From Chrysomallon squamiferum (lineage: Eukaryota > Animalia > Mollusca): a stretch of 64,000 bases of DNA. Below are positions 58,062 to 64,000 of this stretch, piece by piece; the first letter of the stretch is position 1; each line of letters begins with the position of its first letter. The notes below the pieces were generated by a model. The model was not told the DNA's origin and did no database searches. It saw only the letters and a list, made by a program, of their open reading frames with translations. Position numbers and translations under genes: made by a program. The stretch lies in assembly GCA_012295275.1 (NCBI GenBank), contig CM022665.1:29140001-29204000 (forward strand), given 5' to 3'.

Positions 58062-59938
58062 ATGGACGCTGAAGATTTCAGAAAAAAGCTTTTGGACCAT
58101 TTTCACGGCGGATGTGTCTCTGTAACGTTATCACTAGCACGAGAGACTGGTGTCCTGGGTGTGTTTTATGCTGCTGATTGCCCTTTGACCGTAGAAGAAA
58201 TAGCAAAGCGTAGTAATTCAAAGGAACGGTATTAAAATGATAATTTTATCACTGTTTAACCTGTCTCCACAAATAAATTAATGACAATCTCTACACAGAC
58301 ACACACACACAAACACACACCTATATAACTGAAAGAGATTCAATACGCTTATTTCTGCAAGCATATTTCCTGAAAATGTCTTTACGTCATTTTTTGTTAC
58401 ATATAGCAATTAATTGTTGTAACTCTTTTGGTATAATGAAATGTCGTTATGCCAATCTTGTCACATGTTGTAACTATGACTATTCTTAATATAATATTCT
58501 TGTAACAACAATATATCAGTTAAAAAAAAATATAATAATAACAAAATAAAAACATTTTATGCCAATGTTATCACATGCTATATCTATAATTATTCTTGTC
58601 ATAAAAATATATCAACAAAATATCTTTATATCGATATTATTACATACTACATATTCGTCTATATGCAGCTATGTTAAAGAACTATTAGGTGCCCTTGTAT
58701 CGGCTGGTGCGGTTCAGATATCAGAAGATTCGACGTATTTTCATGTCCCCGAAGATCACAAAAGTGCACTGCGTGAATTCTCAGTTATGTGTTCATTTCC
58801 TACCCATCTTGCTGAGAGGATGCAACCGCTAGTTCAGTGTTTTAAACAGGACGGACCGTTTGGTAAGAGTTAATATTATCTTGACTGACGTTATTCCAGT
58901 TCCAGTCTCAGTAAAAAATATCCCATAGCTGTACAACTGATGCTATACAATACTTTAATGATGAACGTATTTAATTCTATTCTAGGGTTTGAATATTCCC
59001 AGTTTTCTTCCATTTGCACGTACATAAACGACTGCAAAAACTTCGATGTCACTGACATTATAGAGAAAGAAATTCTTCCCTACGTTCCTGGGTTACAGGT
59101 CAAACTTGGTAACAAATATTTAATCAATTAATCAATTAAATTATTTTAAGACGTTTATTTACAGTTACGAAAATATATTATCCTATATTTACAAATAATT
59201 ATATGCACTCATTTTGGCACTTGCACACACTCACGTTGCATTCAGAATCTAAGTTGATACTGGTGTTCTACAATATGCTGTCAATGCCTAAAGAATAATA
59301 ATTGTTTTATTTCAAATTATTTTGTTTTTTGTATATGTGCACAATATAACCTGTGTCAATATAATAATATTTCAGAGGCTGGGATAGATGTTTTAGAACT
59401 CGGGTGTAATACAGGAAATCTTCTCATTGAACTAGCTAAACGATTTCCCAAATCAAGATTTGTTGGCGGAGACATCGTCGAAGAATCAGTCAAAACCGGA
59501 AATGACACAGCTTCCGCTGAGAACCTTACTAACATCCGGTTTGAAAAACTCGACGTCATGGATTTGCCTGACAATTTAACGGAAGCATTTGATTGGTGTC
59601 TTATCCAAGATGTCGTCCACGATTTGCCTGATCCCGAGAAAGCTTTATCAGAGATTTACAGATGCCTGAAGCCAGGGCAGATATTCAGCATGTTTGATTG
59701 CTGTTTGAAAGGAAGTATGGCAGATATGGCGAACAACATGCACGCCTGTTTCTATTATATCAGCAGTTCCTTCATATGTCTTCCGTCTAGTTTTACGCAA
59801 GCCGATTCGGCCGCCAACGGAGCACTGTGGAAGATAGAAACTGTGAGGAAAACGATTTTCAAATCTCGGTTCAAAATCGTTAATGAAATAAGTAGTGAAA
59901 AGGATCAGTTCGTCGTCCATTTTATTTGTGAAAAATAG
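58062..59938 (+). CDS. SAM-dependent methyltransferase, Rv2258c-like, paralog 4 (most divergent), ~348 aa
   Basis: Exons 58062-58228 (MDAEDFRKKLLDHFHGGCVSVTLSLARETGVL...LTVEEIAKRSNSKER), 58669-58862, 58986-59108 and 59376-59938; same intron phases. Motifs VLELGCNTG, GGDI, FDWCLIQDVVHDLP and SSFICLP. Confidence 0.9.
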
Positions 59939-60533
59939 GATTAGAAAAAAAGAAAAAATTCAAAATATACGAAATATATGATTCCATTTTATCTCTTCTT
60001 CTTTAACTATTAAATAAATAAACAAAAATTAGTATTTTAATGACCTATAAATGTAAGTCACTTTCTGATGCATTTTAATGACGGAAGTTTGACATTGCTG
60101 GCTTAATCGGTTTTAGTTTACTTTCTATTTGTTCTTTAATTTATTCAACTTGTTCTTTTGAAATAGAAAATAAAAAAGATAATCCATGAAATATTACTTT
60201 TATATTTTCTTTCTTTTTTTATTTATTTATTTATTTATTTTTATTTTATTTTATTTTTTTTATTTTTTTTTTACTTCTTTTAAACCAGGTTACTGTTAAC
60301 TGCACTTCGATTTTTAAGTAGTTTATAACGGAACTGAAATACAAGATTCTACACACATAAACAATACATGTATAAAATAATAAAAATACATTTAATTCCA
60401 AATCTAAAATATTACTGTGTCTATTCAACACGTCTAATACAGTTTACATAACGCTGCATTTGAAGATTTTACACTTAGTAATGGTAAATATGTGCCATCC
60501 TTTTTTCATTTATTTTAATGTAAATATAAAAAC

Positions 60534-60728
<195 letters not shown>

Positions 60729-62206
60729 CGGTTTTATTGATTCTTGTTCATTCTCTAATTCGTGCATTTCAAATTAAAATACATTAAATTTATCTGGACA
60801 AGTGGAAATCAATAAACAAGTCGTGTCAAATAAGAGGCATAACTCCTGCAAAACAGAGTAGTCTTTGTTTCATCTGGCTTACCTCCTGTTACATCGAAGA
60901 TCGTCAAAAGCTCTTGTAAACAAACATAAGGCCTGCTTTAAAGCAGAACTAGATATAAATATCTCTATGATGTAAATAGTTCAGTTATTAAATTCAGCTA
61001 GAAACGAATGGTAAAAGAGAAGAATTTGAGATATAATGCGTATGTATTCCCGTTCACATGGTAGTAACTGTAAACTGATAAAAGTCGTTAAAAGGAAATG
61101 GCGTTAGTTAGGTTTTCACTTTTACATCACATCATAGAATTAACATTAATATTTTAATAAGAATTTCCTGTACGCCTAACATAGTTCAAATGTTTGTATT
61201 TATGTTGCTTAATATTTCAAATTAATTATCGTTATGCTTATTACCAAAGTCAGAGTTACAAGTACAGATTTAACGATTCAGAAATAAAGGTGTCAATTAG
61301 TGCAAGAAAAAAAAAAAAAAAAAAAAAAAAAAAGATGACCTGTACGAAAAAAACAATTTCAGAACTATTCCAAGAAAATAAAGGTAGCTAAAAGGTCTTA
61401 AGATGTTTCGTGTTTATTTTTGTGTGTGGGTTACTATTACTATACTACTACTACTGCTACTACTACTAGTAAAACTACTACTACTACTACTACTATTACT
61501 ACTACTACTACTACTACTACTACAAGAATAATAATAACTGCAACAACAATAAAAATAAAAGGTTGCTGAATGCATTTTCTTTTATTTCTTGTCATCATTT
61601 GGTACACAGAAATATAAAATATCCCTGACAGATTGAAGCTACCGTAACTTTACAAATGTGTATTCCGTGTGTCGGTGGCTGTCAATATTTACTTACTTAC
61701 TTACTTACTTACTTTATATTTACTTGTAATTTTTGAAAGAACACAACAAAAAAAAAGAAAGAAATACAAACATGCATGCTTTCATTCTTATTATATTATA
61801 GTTATGCTTCGTTAACAAATATAGGTATGCAGGAAAAAATAAAACAAAGAAACAAATGCTTAACAGCACCAAAACATTTAACATTTTATGTAAAATAATC
61901 ATATATGTAATTTCGTATTTAATAATGTCACGACAGAAGAAAAACCAAACGTCTGCCTAGGTTTAGTGTTATTGATTAAAAACGAGAATCATGTTTTGTA
62001 AACTCAATCATAAACAGGAAACCACATTCATCATTTTTGATACACCAGACTGGCGGCATTGATTGAAACGTGTAACTTAGCAACTGTCTGCTTATATATA
62101 ACATAATAATAATAATAATAACAATAACAACAACAACTCTGTAACATTGAATATTTCAAAGAATATTTAAAAATATGAGTGTACATATATAACAATGATG
62201 ATGATG

Positions 62207-62271
<65 letters not shown>

Positions 62272-62870
62272 TAATAATAATAATAATATTAATAATAATA
62301 AAATTTAAAAAAGCAAAAACACATATTAATGTTGCTACCACATGTTGCTGCAACAAACTTAAGTTACACAATATCAGGTATTTTTTTTTTTAAATAAGAT
62401 ATTCTTATGATATTGGTCATAACGATTGCTTAAATAAATATCTTGCGTTTTTTTTCTTTTTTTTTTTTTTAAAATATAATATTGTTTGTACTCTCAAATT
62501 TAAAAAAATAAAAAATAAAAAGTATTGTTATTTAGGTTATGATATCACAGTGTATAAAAATGAGCAATCTAGCTGACTGATTTGTCTAGGAGTGCCTAAA
62601 TGTGCAAGATGTAAATAAAACACTCGTTCCTGCCACTCTGTAAAAGTAAACAGTATAACAATAATAATCACAGACAAAACTGGTTCTTACATATGTGGAC
62701 GTCAACTTTTCAAACAGTTTTTTGAATGCTTATTTTGTTATGTCGCTGTGAGTTCAAAAATTTGTTAATTTTATATTTTTAGTTTTAAGGATTTTGTTTT
62801 TGTTTTTGTGGGTTTTGTTTGTGCTTTTTGGTGTGATTTTTTTTTTTTTTTTTTGGGGGTGTTTTTTTAT

Positions 62871-62901
<31 letters not shown>

Positions 62902-63587
62902 TTTTTTTAGCTGTTTTTTGGGGGGTTGTTCTGTTGCTGTGATGTTGGATTTCTGGAGTGTTTCTTTTTGTTGGCTTTTCTTTATATTTTATATAATTTT
63001 AAATAGGCGTAAAGTTCTAAAACTGCTAATTTTGTCGTGTAAAGTTTAAATATCTGTTAATACTTTTAATATGTTCTAACCCATATCCTGCACAAGTTTT
63101 ACTCGTTTGTTTCTGGTGTTTGTTTCAGGTGTGCTTCGAGTCCAAGTTGCAGACGACATATGCACAAAAACTCGGGCACTGCCAAACGACAGACGACACA
63201 CTAAGTGAATTTAATTGCACTGCATTGACTCATTTATCGTGTTTACAACGTATTTCATATTGGACAACTCACAGATAACAGTCTGCATACTTAAAAACAA
63301 AAATGTTTTAGAGTTTTTAAGTTTAAATGGAATTAAAATATAAATCGAATTTATCATAGTATTTATATTTTATTTTAATTTTAGATATGCTGTCATAATT
63401 TTATTTAGTTATTCATTTATTTATTTATTTATATTTATTTAGTCATTTATATTTATTTATTCTTCTTCTTTTAATTTCCCTTAATATAATCAAGACTACT
63501 GAGTAGTTATTTAATTCTGGGATAAATTTTGCCAGTTGTTTTTTTTTTCTTCTTCTTCTTCTTCTTTTATTTCTTTCTATCTTTCCT

Positions 63588-63618
<31 letters not shown>

Positions 63619-63728
63619 GATTTTTTTTCTTCGTAATTTCCCTTGACATAATCAAGATTACTGAGTAGTATCTAAGTAAACAAATTAGTTATCTCTTTAG
63701 GTTAAACAAAACTGACATCTTCTCCGTC

Positions 63729-63770
<42 letters not shown>

Positions 63771-64000
63771 GTATTTCATTTTCATTCTGACTGAAGGGGA
63801 GAAGTAGATGGGGGAAAAAGAAATTTAACTTTTTTTTTTTCTTTTTTTTTTTAATATCTTTCATGTACTTACTGGCCATCTCATAAACTATTTTCAATTT
63901 TGTTTTATTAAGATTTATAACAACAAACAAGATTTGTGTAATTGCATAACGAGCAATTTAATAGCTTTACATTAAGAATTAAAGAAAATGTCCCAGGGCG

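Noticed and set aside
63129-63205. Possible exon after a good acceptor (tgtttcag)
   Set aside because: Weak donor, no homology and no further exons in the window.

Overview
AT-rich, microsatellite-dense animal genomic DNA with spliceosomal introns; a mollusc or other lophotrochozoan is my inference from composition and gene content. It is not prokaryotic, and I see no CRISPR array, rRNA or tRNA. The left half holds two convergent paralogous globin genes with the ancestral B12.2 and G7.0 introns. Globin A (+) shows only exons 2-3 in this window. Globin B (-) is complete (183 aa), with an N-terminal acylation-type MGSAQSISC start, an ~11.9 kb first intron and a GC-AG second intron. Its promoter and first exon lie in a ~7 kb segment bracketed by a ~1.3-1.5 kb old inverted duplication that contains a 217-bp near-perfect core. 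The right half holds four intact, 4-exon paralogous Rv2258c-like (wHTH + class I SAM) methyltransferase genes, three on - and one divergent on +. Several hAT-type MITEs (one nested), minisatellites and many microsatellites fill the rest. Most ORFs in the supplied track are repeat artefacts.
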